DNA of 64,000 bases from Candidatus Micrarchaeia archaeon (lineage in GTDB: Archaea; Micrarchaeota; Micrarchaeia; Anstonellales; Anstonellaceae). Positions 26,625-36,543 of the stretch are shown one piece after another. The notes beneath the pieces were generated by a model. It was given only the letters and a program-made list of their open reading frames with translations. It made no database searches and was not told the DNA's origin. Location: the NCBI GenBank assembly GCA_041665945.1, contig JBAYHU010000002.1:107350-171349 (forward strand). Reading direction: 5' to 3'. Numbering within the stretch: position 1 is the stretch's first letter; each line of letters opens with the position of its first letter. The position numbers and the translations under genes were made by a program.

Positions 26625-27881
26625 TCACTCGCCGGATTTTGAGTCGAGCTTCTGCTTGGTGAGCGCCTGGTGCAGGACGAGGTGCGTCTTTCTCTCGACG
26701 TTTTCCTTGACGACTATCCCCGCGTCAATCCAGCAGGAGTCGCCTATCATCTTGCCCGGCATCACGGAAGTCAGCACGCCCATCTTCACGTTGTCGCCGA
26801 TTATCGCGCCCAGCTTGTTGCGGTTGGTGTCGATTATAACGTCGTTGACGACCGCCTTGATATTGCCCGCGTCGAAGCGGTAGTTCGCGATTTGCGTCGC
26901 CGCCCCGAAGTTGCAGTTCGAGCCGATTATGGAATCGCCGACGTATGTCAGGTGCTTGGCGTTCACGTGGTCGAATACTATGCTGTTTTTTATCGTGGTG
27001 GAGTCGCCTATGCCGCAGTTCTTGCCGATGGAGGTAGTGCCGCGGATGTAGGCGTGCGGGCCCACGTAGGAGCCTGCCCCGATGTAGACGTTGCCCTCGA
27101 TTACCGAGTCGTGTATCTCCGCTCCCTTCTCCATAATCAGCTTGCCGCGCACAGTCACGTTCTCGAGTTTTTCGCGCTTTTCGGGAAGCTTTGAGAGCAG
27201 GAATTCGTTCGCGGAGAAAAGCTGCCATGGCATGCCCATGTCAAGCCAGTAGTCGTTTATTTCCACGGCTTTCGCCCCGATGAGAAGGTCGGTGATTTCG
27301 TATTCTCCGCGCGGGGACTTTTTCAGCGCTTTTATTTTCTTGAACACGGTTGGCTCGAAAACGTAAAGCGAGCAGTTTGCGAGGTTGGATTTCGGCTTTC
27401 CCGCCTTTTCCTCGAAGGATGAGATGTTCCCGCCCTTGAGAATGGCTGTGCCGTATTCGCGCGCGTCCTCCACGGGATGAAGCGCGGCAGTCACTTCGCC
27501 TTCCGCCTTTTCCCCGAGTTTTTTGAGCGCGGACGCCTCGGTTATGATGTCGCCGGCAACTCCGAAGAAAGTTTCGGTGGCGAATTGTTCCGCGTAGCCG
27601 AAAGCCGCCGCGGTTCCGTAGCTGTCGCCCTGCTCGATGAATGTGAGTTTCATGCCCGGAATGGGGTTTGCGGCGAAGTAGTCGGTGATTGCCTCTTTCT
27701 TGTACTTGACCACGATTGCCGCGTCGTTCACTCCCGCGGACTTGAGATTCTCAAGCACGTGCTGGAGTATGGGCTTGCCCGCAAGCTGTATCATGCATTT
27801 CGGGCGCGTGTAGGTGAGCGGGCGCAGGCGCTTGCCCTCCCCTGCAGCCAAAACCACTGCTTTGCGTATTTGGTTTGCCAT
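26625..27881 (-). CDS. glmU: Bifunctional sugar-1-P nucleotidyltransferase/acetyltransferase (archaeal GlmU-like)
   Basis: AVVLAAGEGKRLRPLT.TRPK, SPRGEYEITD, hexapeptide repeats, KLGAIIGD. Confidence 0.88.
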   Translation of the reverse strand: MANQIRKAVVLAAGEGKRLRPLTYTRPKCMIQLAGKPILQHVLENLKSAGVNDAAIVVKYKKEAITDYFAANPIPGMKLTFIEQGDSYGTAAAFGYAEQFATETFFGVAGDIITEASALKKLGEKAEGEVTAALHPVEDAREYGTAILKGGNISSFEEKAGKPKSNLANCSLYVFEPTVFKKIKALKKSPRGEYEITDLLIGAKAVEINDYWLDMGMPWQLFSANEFLLSKLPEKREKLENVTVRGKLIMEKGAEIHDSVIEGNVYIGAGSYVGPHAYIRGTTSIGKNCGIGDSTTIKNSIVFDHVNAKHLTYVGDSIIGSNCNFGAATQIANYRFDAGNIKAVVNDVIIDTNRNKLGAIIGDNVKMGVLTSVMPGKMIGDSCWIDAGIVVKENVERKTHLVLHQALTKQKLDSKSGE

Positions 27882-27944
27882 GGAGGAATTTGAGGACGAG
27901 GAGTTTATTAAGTTTGTTTGCAAGACGTTGAACGGGGTGCTGCC

Positions 27945-28793
27945 ATGGGCAAAGTTGACGTCATTTCATCCATTTTCGAATCGTTCGAGCTTATCAGGGA
28001 ACATTACAAGGAAGTCGCAGTCCCGCTGCTTGTCCTCATACTGCTTTCCGGAATCGGGCACTTCGGCGGCTCGTCGTTTTCCAACAATTATGGCCAGAAC
28101 GGAGCCGAGCCGTTTGAAGGTGCTGGGCTTGCCAACGCGATGATGGGCGACAACGGCGGCGTGCTCGCGCTGGGCGGATTCCTGCTTCTGTTAATCGCAG
28201 CAGTTATACTGATGTTCCTCGCAGTCATGGTAATCTCCGAGGCGACCACGTTCTACATATACGAGCATTTCTATGCGATACTCAACAAGAAGAAAATCAA
28301 GGCAAAATGGACCGAGCGGTTCGGCAGGCTGGCGGGCAAATCAATTGTCCTTATCCTGTTCAGGCTCGCGATTTTCGCTGCAGTGTTCATGCTGCCCCTC
28401 CTGCAGTTTTGGAACATTGTTTCAACGCTTGAGGCGATGTCGGTTGCCGGGATAATCGGCGCGCTTTTCTCAATCGCCTTCGCGCTTGTCGCTGGCATAG
28501 TCATGTTCGTGATTGTGAGTTTCGCGCTCACTCCGCTGTGGGTCTATTATGTGATGGACGGGAAAGGGCTTTTCGACTCGGCGGGAAAATCGGTGAACCT
28601 CGTTGTCGGCAACCCGGCATCGTTTATGCTGATGGCGTTCGTATTCGGCCTTCTCGGAATCGGGATGGCATGCACGATAATGATTTCAACGTGCTGCTGC
28701 CTCTCGTGGCTTGTCTCGCCAATATTGAGCGTGGGCTTCAGCATGCTCTACGGAGTGACGCTGATGAAGGTCAAGCTCGCGATTGAGAAGTGA
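27945..28793 (+). CDS. Multi-pass membrane protein
   Basis: About six hydrophobic segments. Confidence 0.7.
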   Translation: MGKVDVISSIFESFELIREHYKEVAVPLLVLILLSGIGHFGGSSFSNNYGQNGAEPFEGAGLANAMMGDNGGVLALGGFLLLLIAAVILMFLAVMVISEATTFYIYEHFYAILNKKKIKAKWTERFGRLAGKSIVLILFRLAIFAAVFMLPLLQFWNIVSTLEAMSVAGIIGALFSIAFALVAGIVMFVIVSFALTPLWVYYVMDGKGLFDSAGKSVNLVVGNPASFMLMAFVFGLLGIGMACTIMISTCCCLSWLVSPILSVGFSMLYGVTLMKVKLAIEK

Positions 28794-28843
28794 GGGGCGC
28801 GCCTTTTCTTTTTTTATTTTTCGGACTTAGCCCGCGGCAGGCG

Positions 28844-30181
28844 CTACTTTGCCTTGTCGATTTCCTGCACGATGATGTTCTCCGCGCGCTGGGCGACTTC
28901 CGTGAGCCGCTTTTGCGTGCGGGCTTCGCAGGTAAGGCGGATTGCCGGCTCGGTGCCGGACGCGCGGATGAGCATCCAGCCGTCGTCAAAATCGTAGCGC
29001 AGCCCGTCCACCGTGGAGAGCTTGCCCTCAAGCTGCGGGCGGGCGCCGATTGCGTGCATTATCGCGTCTTTTTTGCCCGCGAGGCACTTGTATTTGCGCC
29101 TGTCCATGCTGTAGGTTTTGATCGAGGATGCAAGCGTGGAGAGCTTGCCGCCTGTTGCGAATATTTCAGCAATGACAAGCGCGGAGAGTATGCCCTCGGC
29201 GCATGGCGTTGCCGAGGGGAAGACGTATTCCCCGCACGGCTCGCCGCCGAATATGGCGCCCTGCTTTTTCACTTCCTCGGCAACGTGAAGGCTTCCGACC
29301 GGCGTTATAGACACCGTTCCGCCGAGAGACTCGACTGTTTCGCGGACGGTAAGGGATGCTTCGACCGTGCTAATCACCCTCTTGTTGCCGTCCTTTGCCT
29401 TTGCGATGAAGTGCTTGCAGAACATGGCAAGCTGGACATCAAGGGGCAGGGCATTGCCTTTTTCGTCAATCGCGATTGCGCGGTCGCCGTCCCCGTCGAA
29501 CGCTATGCCGAAGTCGCACTTCTCCTTTTTCACCGCCTTTGCCGCCTCGGCAAGAGTGGAGGGGTTGGGCTCGAGGTTGCGCTTGAAGTCCCCCGGCTTG
29601 TCGCAGTAGTGGCGCACCACCACGCAGCCCGCGGCTTCGAGAAGCTCCGGGCCGACCCGGTATGCCGCGGCATTGCCCGCGTCCACTAGGACCTTGGGCG
29701 CCACGGACTTTACCAGGGCGGAATCGGCTTTTGACAGGAGGTAGCCGATGTATTCGTGGGAATAGTCCTTCTCGGAGAGCTGCCCCGCGGACTTCCACTC
29801 GGATATTCTCTCCCCGGCGGCAACCGCCTGCTCGATTTCCTTTTCCTGAGGCTTCGCGTATTCCATGCCGTGCGAGAAGAGCTTGATGCCGTTGTATTCC
29901 GGCGGGTTGTGCGAGGCGGTTATCATGGCGCCGTCGCACTTTTCCTTCATGCACGCGTATGCGAGAAGCGGGGTGGGCGCGACGCCTATGTCAATCACGC
30001 TGCAGCCCGCAGACATGGCGCCTGCTGCGAGCGATTTTGCGAGTATGGGCGAGGTGGAGCGCGTGTCGCGCGCGAGTATGAGCTTCTTGCCCCTCAAGCC
30101 AACGGCATTGCCCACCTTGCGGGCGAGTTCTGGCGTGACGTCGGAGCCGTACAGCCCCCGGATTCCTGATGTTCCAAACAT
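28844..30181 (-). CDS. glmM: Phosphoglucosamine mutase / phosphohexomutase
   Basis: FGTSGIRG, ITASHNP, FDGDGDR, RASGTEP. Confidence 0.9.
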   Translation of the reverse strand: MFGTSGIRGLYGSDVTPELARKVGNAVGLRGKKLILARDTRSTSPILAKSLAAGAMSAGCSVIDIGVAPTPLLAYACMKEKCDGAMITASHNPPEYNGIKLFSHGMEYAKPQEKEIEQAVAAGERISEWKSAGQLSEKDYSHEYIGYLLSKADSALVKSVAPKVLVDAGNAAAYRVGPELLEAAGCVVVRHYCDKPGDFKRNLEPNPSTLAEAAKAVKKEKCDFGIAFDGDGDRAIAIDEKGNALPLDVQLAMFCKHFIAKAKDGNKRVISTVEASLTVRETVESLGGTVSITPVGSLHVAEEVKKQGAIFGGEPCGEYVFPSATPCAEGILSALVIAEIFATGGKLSTLASSIKTYSMDRRKYKCLAGKKDAIMHAIGARPQLEGKLSTVDGLRYDFDDGWMLIRASGTEPAIRLTCEARTQKRLTEVAQRAENIIVQEIDKAK

Positions 30182-30233
30182 GACATGATTCGCTTGAATA
30201 GGTTTTTAAATTCTTGATATGTGAAGTTCGACT

Positions 30234-30413
30234 ATGAGCGTAGACAGGATATCGGTTTCAGGGCCCCAGTCATCGGCGGGCATACTCGGCATCAGCTCGA
30301 ACACCAACCTCGGCGGGCTCAAGTTCAACCCAAGGGGAGTGGCGCTGTTCGCGGCGGCATTCATAATAGTGGTCAAGATAATCGACATAATCGTGGCGAC
30401 GAAGACCATCTGA
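30234..30413 (+). CDS. secG: Preprotein translocase subunit Sec61beta (59 aa, not in ORF track)
   Basis: Own translation: MSVDRISVSGPQSSAGILGISSNTNLGGLKFNPRGVALFAAAFIIVVKIIDIIVATKTI*, with P.S.AG.L...G.K..P and one TM helix. Confidence 0.75.
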   Translation: MSVDRISVSGPQSSAGILGISSNTNLGGLKFNPRGVALFAAAFIIVVKIIDIIVATKTI

Positions 30414-30445
30414 TTGTGGAGAACAGCCAGGATTTTATTTCACGC

Positions 30446-30808
30446 TTAGCGCAGCAACCCGAACAGGCGGCGCATCTTGGCGGAAGCCGTTATTTGCTCA
30501 GCCTTGGGTGATTTGAAGGCAGCGTCGTTTTCAAAGCCCGGCAGCGGATTGACGACGTATATGTGGGTGCAGCAAACTGCAACATCGTTTCCTTTGGAGT
30601 CGCGATAGGAGACGTTCGGTTTTCCCTTGAACCATGATTCCACAAGATACAGCTTGGCTCCGGGGTATTTCAGCGCCCTCGCGTTCGCCTTTTCGAAGTT
30701 CATGATGCTGAAAGAGCCGATTATCTTTGCCGCGGGATTGTTGTTTTGCATGACGACGCCGGCTTTCACCGAGTATCCCGCATTTTCCTGCTGTTTCGTA
30801 TGCTGCAT
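30446..30808 (-). CDS. Hypothetical protein
   Basis: 120-aa ORF; no motif recognised. Confidence 0.5.
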   Translation of the reverse strand: MQHTKQQENAGYSVKAGVVMQNNNPAAKIIGSFSIMNFEKANARALKYPGAKLYLVESWFKGKPNVSYRDSKGNDVAVCCTHIYVVNPLPGFENDAAFKSPKAEQITASAKMRRLFGLLR

Positions 30809-30888
30809 GAATATCACCAGAGCTTACTCTGGCGAGAAATCATTATTAACCATTCTATAACTTTTAATACCACGATTCTTCCGCCGTC

Positions 30889-32001
30889 TTACTTTCCAAG
30901 AAGCTTTGCCGCCTTGTCCGCCACTTTCTTCACGTTTCTTTCCCCGCAGATGGCAAGCACGTCCAGCCGCGGCTTTTGCATCCTCGAAAGCGAGCGCACA
31001 AGCTCGGATGCGCGGGAAAGCGGAATTTCGCTTCCGTCCTCGCGAGACATCTTTATCTGCGTCTGCGAAGAGAGGCGCGGCACGTCAAGAAGCACGTCGC
31101 AGCCGCACGCATCTGAAAGCTCGGATTCCATCGCGCCTATTTTCCCCTTGAAGCCCGAAAGCGGGAATGAATATGCCTTTTTGTAGAGCCTGCGCTCTGC
31201 GAGCCCTTTTGCATATGCGCCGCCGGTCTTTGAGCCTTGGAGGATTTCGAGCATTTTCGCGTCGGACAAGCCGCTTGCCGCCTGCGCGTCAAGGGTTCCG
31301 TCCTCAAGCGCGAGGCGCATGGATTGCTGGAGCATGCGGGAGGCTATGCGCACTGTCTTGTGGAGATAGACCGTGGAGAACATTGTGAAGCGCGCGACTA
31401 ACAGGCTTTCAGCCGCGGGAAGCCCGCGCTCGGCAAGGTAGAGCCTGCCGCCTGAGAGGAGAAGCGAGGCACAGAGCCATTCCGAGTCAATCGCTCCGTA
31501 AGCAACGCCGGTGTAATGCGAGTCACGCAGGAGGTAGTCCATCCTGTCCGCGCCTATGTCCGAGGATATTATCTCCCCCATGCGGGTGTGCGGGAGTTTC
31601 GCGATTTTCTTGGGGGAATATTGCTCCGAGAGGATGTCGCGGATTTCGCCGGACATTATCATCCCTTCGCCGACCTTCTCGTGGTTGCCTATGAATTTGG
31701 AAAGGACTGCCTCGCCTTCGTGCGAGAATGCTGTGTGCCCGACGTCGTGCAGAAGGGCGGCTGCGCGGACTTCCCCTGCCTCATCCTTTCCAAGCCCCAT
31801 TTCCCTGCAAATCCTGTCTGCAAGAGCGAGGGTGCCGATTGAGTGCTCGAAGCGCGTGTGGTTCGCGCCCGGATAGACGAGATACGCCATGGCGAGCTGG
31901 CGTATGCCGCGAAGGCGCTGCATCTGCCGGGAGTCGAGCAGCTTCTCCTCCAAATCGGAGAGCTGCACTGTTCCGTGCAATGGGTCGCGTATTCGAAGCA
32001 T
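30889..32001 (-). CDS. HD-domain phosphohydrolase (dNTPase/SAMHD1-like)
   Basis: IRDPLHG, QRLRGIRQL, HTRFEHSIG, LLHDVGH..FSH, DRMDYLLRD. Confidence 0.92.
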   Translation of the reverse strand: MLRIRDPLHGTVQLSDLEEKLLDSRQMQRLRGIRQLAMAYLVYPGANHTRFEHSIGTLALADRICREMGLGKDEAGEVRAAALLHDVGHTAFSHEGEAVLSKFIGNHEKVGEGMIMSGEIRDILSEQYSPKKIAKLPHTRMGEIISSDIGADRMDYLLRDSHYTGVAYGAIDSEWLCASLLLSGGRLYLAERGLPAAESLLVARFTMFSTVYLHKTVRIASRMLQQSMRLALEDGTLDAQAASGLSDAKMLEILQGSKTGGAYAKGLAERRLYKKAYSFPLSGFKGKIGAMESELSDACGCDVLLDVPRLSSQTQIKMSREDGSEIPLSRASELVRSLSRMQKPRLDVLAICGERNVKKVADKAAKLLGK

Positions 32002-32015
32002 AAAACCATCTGCAA

Positions 32016-32813
32016 CTATGCCTTTGTGAATTTGCCCCTGTGCTTTTCCATTGCCTCGCCCTCTTCGCAGAGGTGGAGGAGGACTGCGCGGCAGCCGTCA
32101 GGGGGCATGCCCGCCTCTTCGGCTATTTCCTCGGTGGTCTTTTCGGACTTTGACAATGCGAGCAGCACCTTCTTTTCCCATTCCTCGTAGTACGCCCGCC
32201 TCACGAAATAGTATTTCATGTCGAATGCGCGCGTTCCCCTCACTTCGCCGGACTTTATCTTTTCTGAAAACGCGTTGCCGAACCCCCGCGCGTCGGTTTC
32301 GTTTTCAAGCACCATCCAGCCGAATGATTCGAGGTGCGCGACAGAGGAAACCGAAATCGGGGATGACGGCGCTGAGGGGGCGGGGGATTGCGATGATGGC
32401 TCCCGCACCGCGTTGAACGTCGCGTCCGGGACATTGTAGACTCCTTCGGGATATTTCTGGCTGTGCAGGATGTCGACTATCCTCTTTTTTACAAGCAAAT
32501 CAAGCTCGTCCTTTTCGCCCCTTGAAAACGTCTTTGCCACTTCGGACAGGCTGCGCTTCTCGAAGCGGATGGAAAGAAGCTTTCTCACAAGCTCCTTTTC
32601 CTTTTCGGAAAACTGCGAGCCGGCTGCTGCGCCGCCCGCGCCTGCACCCTGCGATTGGGCGGGCTTCCCCGCTATCGCGCCTTTTATCGTGAGAAGGTAG
32701 ATTCCGTCCTTCAGGGGGAAAATCTCAAGCGAGGAGGAGGCGGCAATGTCTGCGGGCAGCGCGCCTGCAAGCAGAAGCCCGTCCCTTGTTTTTGATGCCT
32801 TGATTTCAGCCAA
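32016..32813 (-). CDS. Hypothetical protein with C-terminal HTH-like region
   Basis: TTEEIAEEAGM.....AVLLHL.EEG; in an operon with the AMMECR1 and HD genes. Confidence 0.6.
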   Translation of the reverse strand: MAEIKASKTRDGLLLAGALPADIAASSSLEIFPLKDGIYLLTIKGAIAGKPAQSQGAGAGGAAAGSQFSEKEKELVRKLLSIRFEKRSLSEVAKTFSRGEKDELDLLVKKRIVDILHSQKYPEGVYNVPDATFNAVREPSSQSPAPSAPSSPISVSSVAHLESFGWMVLENETDARGFGNAFSEKIKSGEVRGTRAFDMKYYFVRRAYYEEWEKKVLLALSKSEKTTEEIAEEAGMPPDGCRAVLLHLCEEGEAMEKHRGKFTKA

Positions 32814-32828
32814 ATGCCCACCCGCGGA

Positions 32829-33443
32829 TTATGATTTCACCAGTTTCTTCTGCTTCACCTTGCCGTCCGGCTTGTCCTCGGAAAACACCAGCGCCTGGAA
32901 GCTGCTTATCTTCGCCGAGGGGGACTTCCACATGTTGCGCGGCAGTCCCGCCTTTTCGCAGAGGTGCCCGAGGAATTCCGTTTCGTTCCAGTTCCACTCG
33001 ATTGGCACCTGCGGAAGGAGAAGCCCGGATGCGTAGCCGTATTCGATAATGAGCCCGTCCCGCCCCACCTTTATCTTCTTGGGGTAATCTTCAGGGGATG
33101 CGGCTTTCACGGTTTCCGGAACGGTAAGCACGCTCACTTCCACCGTTGTCTTGTCAAGCTCGGATTTCGACATCGGGGGGAAGCGGGGGTCCTCGAACGC
33201 CGCGTGGAGCGCGTTTTCCGCGACCGAAAGCGAGAGTTCCTTTATGGGAAGAGGGTAGCCTATGCAGCCGCGCAATTCGTGCGAGGGGAACGATTCCAGC
33301 GTCACGAAAACGCCGCGTTTCTCGCCCAAAACGCCGTCTTTCCTCTCGGGCATGAGCCGCTTTCCCGCGGCAAAGTAGTGCTCGATTGAACGGCGGGCAA
33401 GGGACACGAGGTACGCGCCCTGCTCCAGAGTCACTTCGCCCAT
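32829..33443 (-). CDS. AMMECR1-domain protein
   Basis: GVFVTL, LRGCIG, AFEDPRFPP, GLLLPQV, LCEKAG. Confidence 0.93.
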   Translation of the reverse strand: MGEVTLEQGAYLVSLARRSIEHYFAAGKRLMPERKDGVLGEKRGVFVTLESFPSHELRGCIGYPLPIKELSLSVAENALHAAFEDPRFPPMSKSELDKTTVEVSVLTVPETVKAASPEDYPKKIKVGRDGLIIEYGYASGLLLPQVPIEWNWNETEFLGHLCEKAGLPRNMWKSPSAKISSFQALVFSEDKPDGKVKQKKLVKS

Positions 33444-33564
33444 ATTACCATCACACGAAGCTAACCTTCCACATTCAGATTTGGGGCAGGCAGGTTTAAA
33501 ATTGGCTATTGCCGTCGGTGGGGAGAGGGGGGCGAAGAACGAATTTTAACTTAACCGCGCCAAA

Positions 33565-34086
33565 ATGGTGCGTATGGATTTTATTGAGGAAATCGTGCGG
33601 GTGAAAAAACCGGCGTTGCGCCTGAACGACAACCTCAGGGAGCAGTATTCGGCAATAGCGTTCAAGTTCGGCTATTTCGAGGCGCAATACCCCTGCTGGC
33701 TCTACTTCATGAGGAAGGACGGGCAGACCGCGGCATTCGAGCTGCAGTTCGGCAATGTCTCCGAGTTCAAGACCTCGCTTGAGAGGCTCAACAAGTCCAA
33801 CGCGCAGATATGCTTTTTCATCACCAGCTCGCGCGCGCACACCATGCGCCTTGAGGCCGTGCGCGGCTTGCTGCTCCGCAATTTCCAGATAAAGGAGCAG
33901 AAATTCGTGATAATGGACATCGAGAACGGAAGGTGCCTGCGCGTGAATTTCGAGTGGGACGAGTTCGAGCGGGGGATAGATGCGGATTCCCAGCAGGGCA
34001 TGATAGAGAAGGAAAAGCCGCTATTCCGCGAGGTGCGCCGCAAGAAAATCTACGGCAGGCGCGGCGAGCACAAGGAACAGGACTGA
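33565..34086 (+). CDS. Hypothetical protein, possible degenerate PD-(D/E)xK fold
   Basis: AAFELQFGN...LERL...ICFFITS. Confidence 0.55.
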   Translation: MVRMDFIEEIVRVKKPALRLNDNLREQYSAIAFKFGYFEAQYPCWLYFMRKDGQTAAFELQFGNVSEFKTSLERLNKSNAQICFFITSSRAHTMRLEAVRGLLLRNFQIKEQKFVIMDIENGRCLRVNFEWDEFERGIDADSQQGMIEKEKPLFREVRRKKIYGRRGEHKEQD

Positions 34087-34283
34087 TGCCGCAGGGCGGA
34101 AGTGGCGGCGCGCGGAAGCCGCCCCTATGGCAAGGAACAGGGCGGGCTGCGCTTCGGCAACAGGGCTGGTGGGCTACTCTCCGGCTTTTGGCAGGCGGGA
34201 TTTCGTCTTACATGGTTTCCCACCAAATACAAAGATTTATATACCATTACCGCCATAAAAACAGTGTTATCAGGGGGTTGAAT

Positions 34284-35819
34284 ATGAATAAATTCGCATT
34301 CGTGCTGGGCATTGTTTTCCTCTTCGCAGCGGCGGCAGCCGAAAACTACACGCAGTCATTCACCGTGGATGACTGGCTGAAGGTAACGCGCTTTGCCGAA
34401 ACTTCGGAGAGCAGCGGCTGCACTTCGGTGACCGACTCCTGCTCTGACACTGGCGCGCTTCTTCCCAGCTACATGGGCGGCGTGTCGGGCGCATTCACCT
34501 CGGTAACGCTCACTTTCGAGAACATGGGCTCAAGCGACAGGCAGGAAGTCCAGCTGTCCGAAAGCCTCTCCTACATACCGGACGGGGCAAAGGTCGTATT
34601 CGACCCCCAGCCCGCATACACTGACGGAAGGACCGCCACTTGGACTGCGCAGACCATGAAAGCCGGCGCAAAGATGGCGATGCATTACACTTACACGGCA
34701 AAGAGCAGCGCGGATGATTTCGCGAGCGCCATAAACACGCAGGTCAAGGCGAAATCCACCGCGATTTCATTCACCGCGCCGAGGTCGGCAAAGGTCGGCG
34801 AGCGCGTCCCGATATTCGCGATGACTCCCGAGGGCGCGCCGCTTTCAGGAGCGAAAGTCACAATCACATATCCTGACGGGACAATCCAGCAGGTGAAGAC
34901 CGACTCAAAGGGGAGCGCGTCGTTCGTTGCCGCGAAGGAAGGGTTCTACACCTATTCCATCGAGGGGTACTCGATGACGAAACTCTCCTCGACTGAAACC
35001 GCGCCAGCCGAAATTCCGGCAGCTGCGGCAGCAGCCGTGGCATCTGACGGGCTCTTCTCATCCATCTCAGGAATCCTGCCCGCGCTTGCGGCGATATTCG
35101 TGATTGCCGTGGTGGCGCTCATTGCATACAACTTCTTCACCTCGAGAAAAGAGGAGGAGGAATACGTTGCGGCACCGCCCCAGCAGCCGGCGGGCAGCAA
35201 CCCATCAGCCCAGCGCCCGGTGCCCGAGCCTCCTCAGGCGCCCCACGCGTATTCGAATTCGGGCGCGCAGGGAGTGGCAACTTACAGCCAGCAATACACT
35301 TTCGGTTCGCAGAAGAAAGCTGATGCCCCCAAGCCAGCCCCGGTTGCTTCGCAGCCGCAATCAGCGGAAGGCAAAACATACGGCAGCCGCGAGCAGTCGC
35401 CCGCGATGAGGCCTGTGATTGTGCCACCGCACATGCTAAACAGGCAGGCGGAGAAGTATTCTGAGAGCACCTCGTCAGACGAGGACGTGGAGAACGAGCT
35501 TGCCTCGCTTGAAAGGAAGGCGCGCGAGGAGGGCGAAGGCGCCACGCACGAGCAGGAAATCGAGAACGCGATATCCGAGCTCGAAGCCATACGCCAGAAG
35601 CTGCGCGAGCGCAAGGAGCAGATGGACTCACTTGAGAGCCGCCTGTCCGGCTCGAAAAAAAAGGAATCCGAAGAGGAGGCAGAAGCCGATTCGGACGAGC
35701 CTGACGAGCCGACCGCCTCGAGGAAGGCGCCTGCAAGAAGGGCGGCTCCTGCGCCGAGGGTGCTTCCGCCCAAGGGCAAGAAGCTCAAATTCGCGACGCA
35801 CGGCATAAGGCGCAAGTAG
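34284..35819 (+). CDS. Membrane-anchored surface protein with disordered/coiled-coil C-terminal tail
   Basis: Signal peptide MNKFAFVLG..., Ig-like/TDSKG segments, TM helix, P/Q-rich then acidic coiled-coil tail. Confidence 0.75.
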   Translation: MNKFAFVLGIVFLFAAAAAENYTQSFTVDDWLKVTRFAETSESSGCTSVTDSCSDTGALLPSYMGGVSGAFTSVTLTFENMGSSDRQEVQLSESLSYIPDGAKVVFDPQPAYTDGRTATWTAQTMKAGAKMAMHYTYTAKSSADDFASAINTQVKAKSTAISFTAPRSAKVGERVPIFAMTPEGAPLSGAKVTITYPDGTIQQVKTDSKGSASFVAAKEGFYTYSIEGYSMTKLSSTETAPAEIPAAAAAAVASDGLFSSISGILPALAAIFVIAVVALIAYNFFTSRKEEEEYVAAPPQQPAGSNPSAQRPVPEPPQAPHAYSNSGAQGVATYSQQYTFGSQKKADAPKPAPVASQPQSAEGKTYGSREQSPAMRPVIVPPHMLNRQAEKYSESTSSDEDVENELASLERKAREEGEGATHEQEIENAISELEAIRQKLRERKEQMDSLESRLSGSKKKESEEEAEADSDEPDEPTASRKAPARRAAPAPRVLPPKGKKLKFATHGIRRK

Positions 35820-35882
35820 TTTTTTGTTTTTCCCTTTCTTTTTTCCGCCTTTCTTTTCTTTCCTGTTCTTTTCCTTGCTTTA
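35820..35882 (+). terminator. Oligo-T tract terminator region
   Basis: Long T-rich run directly after the stop, between convergent genes. Confidence 0.55.
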
Positions 35883-35891
35883 TTGGAGACC

Positions 35892-36539
35892 TTAGTTGCA
35901 GGAAAGAGAATTCCCAGTCAGCGGGGATGCCTGCCCGTCAGGAAGGCAGGGGCCGAAGCCCGTGCCGCATTTGTCGCAGGTCGCATACCCGAACGAACAT
36001 GAGTTGTAGGCGCAGCCAATCCTTGTTCCGGGAGCGCATTTCTTGCTTGGAAGCACGCATCCGCCCCACCCGCCGTTGAAGCAGGTGCTTTTGCCGGCGC
36101 AGCCGTCGCGCTCGCAGGATTTTATCTCTCCGTCCAAGCATTCAGGCCGCACCACCTGCACGGGGACTGAAACAGTGCAGTTCCCGCCGGAAGCGGTTAT
36201 CGAGTGGTTGCCGGCAGGGAGGGCGAATGAGAATTCCTGCCCGGACGTCCCTTCGCATATCTCGTTTCCGTCGGCTGAAATCGTGAAGTTCCCGCAGGTG
36301 GAATACGCCTTGAATTTCGCGTCCTGCCCTTCAAGCAGGAGCCGTGATTCGACAATCAGGCGGATTTCACCGGCTTCCTCCTGCAGGGGCTGGGAGGGCG
36401 AGAAATAGCGGAATGCTGCAAGCGACGCGAAAAGCACGATTCCCGCGCACGCGAGGACCGTTGCAACCACGTAAAGCCTCGACTTCGCGCTGCCGTCGTC
36501 TTCTGGAAGGCTGACATTTATCGGGGGTTTGCTGCGCAT
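35892..36539 (-). CDS. Membrane-anchored protein with Cys-rich extracellular repeats
   Basis: N-terminal TM helix; CLDGEIKSC..GC.G...C..GGWGGC and CAPG...C...C..G...C..CG..FGPC. Confidence 0.7.
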   Translation of the reverse strand: MRSKPPINVSLPEDDGSAKSRLYVVATVLACAGIVLFASLAAFRYFSPSQPLQEEAGEIRLIVESRLLLEGQDAKFKAYSTCGNFTISADGNEICEGTSGQEFSFALPAGNHSITASGGNCTVSVPVQVVRPECLDGEIKSCERDGCAGKSTCFNGGWGGCVLPSKKCAPGTRIGCAYNSCSFGYATCDKCGTGFGPCLPDGQASPLTGNSLSCN

Positions 36540-36543
36540 CGCA

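Noticed and set aside
30206-30511. Track ORFs 30206-30409 (-) and 30221-30511 (+)
   Set aside because: A better frame (30234-30413, +) gives a Sec61beta-like protein.
30898-30911. 14-bp match to the 60571 direct repeat (AAGAAGCTTTGCCG)
   Set aside because: It lies in HD-gene coding sequence, and matches of this length are expected by chance in 64 kb.
33933-34283. N-terminal extension of the 628-aa ORF
   Set aside because: It overlaps the upstream gene; a signal peptide and TATA/SD support ATG 34284.
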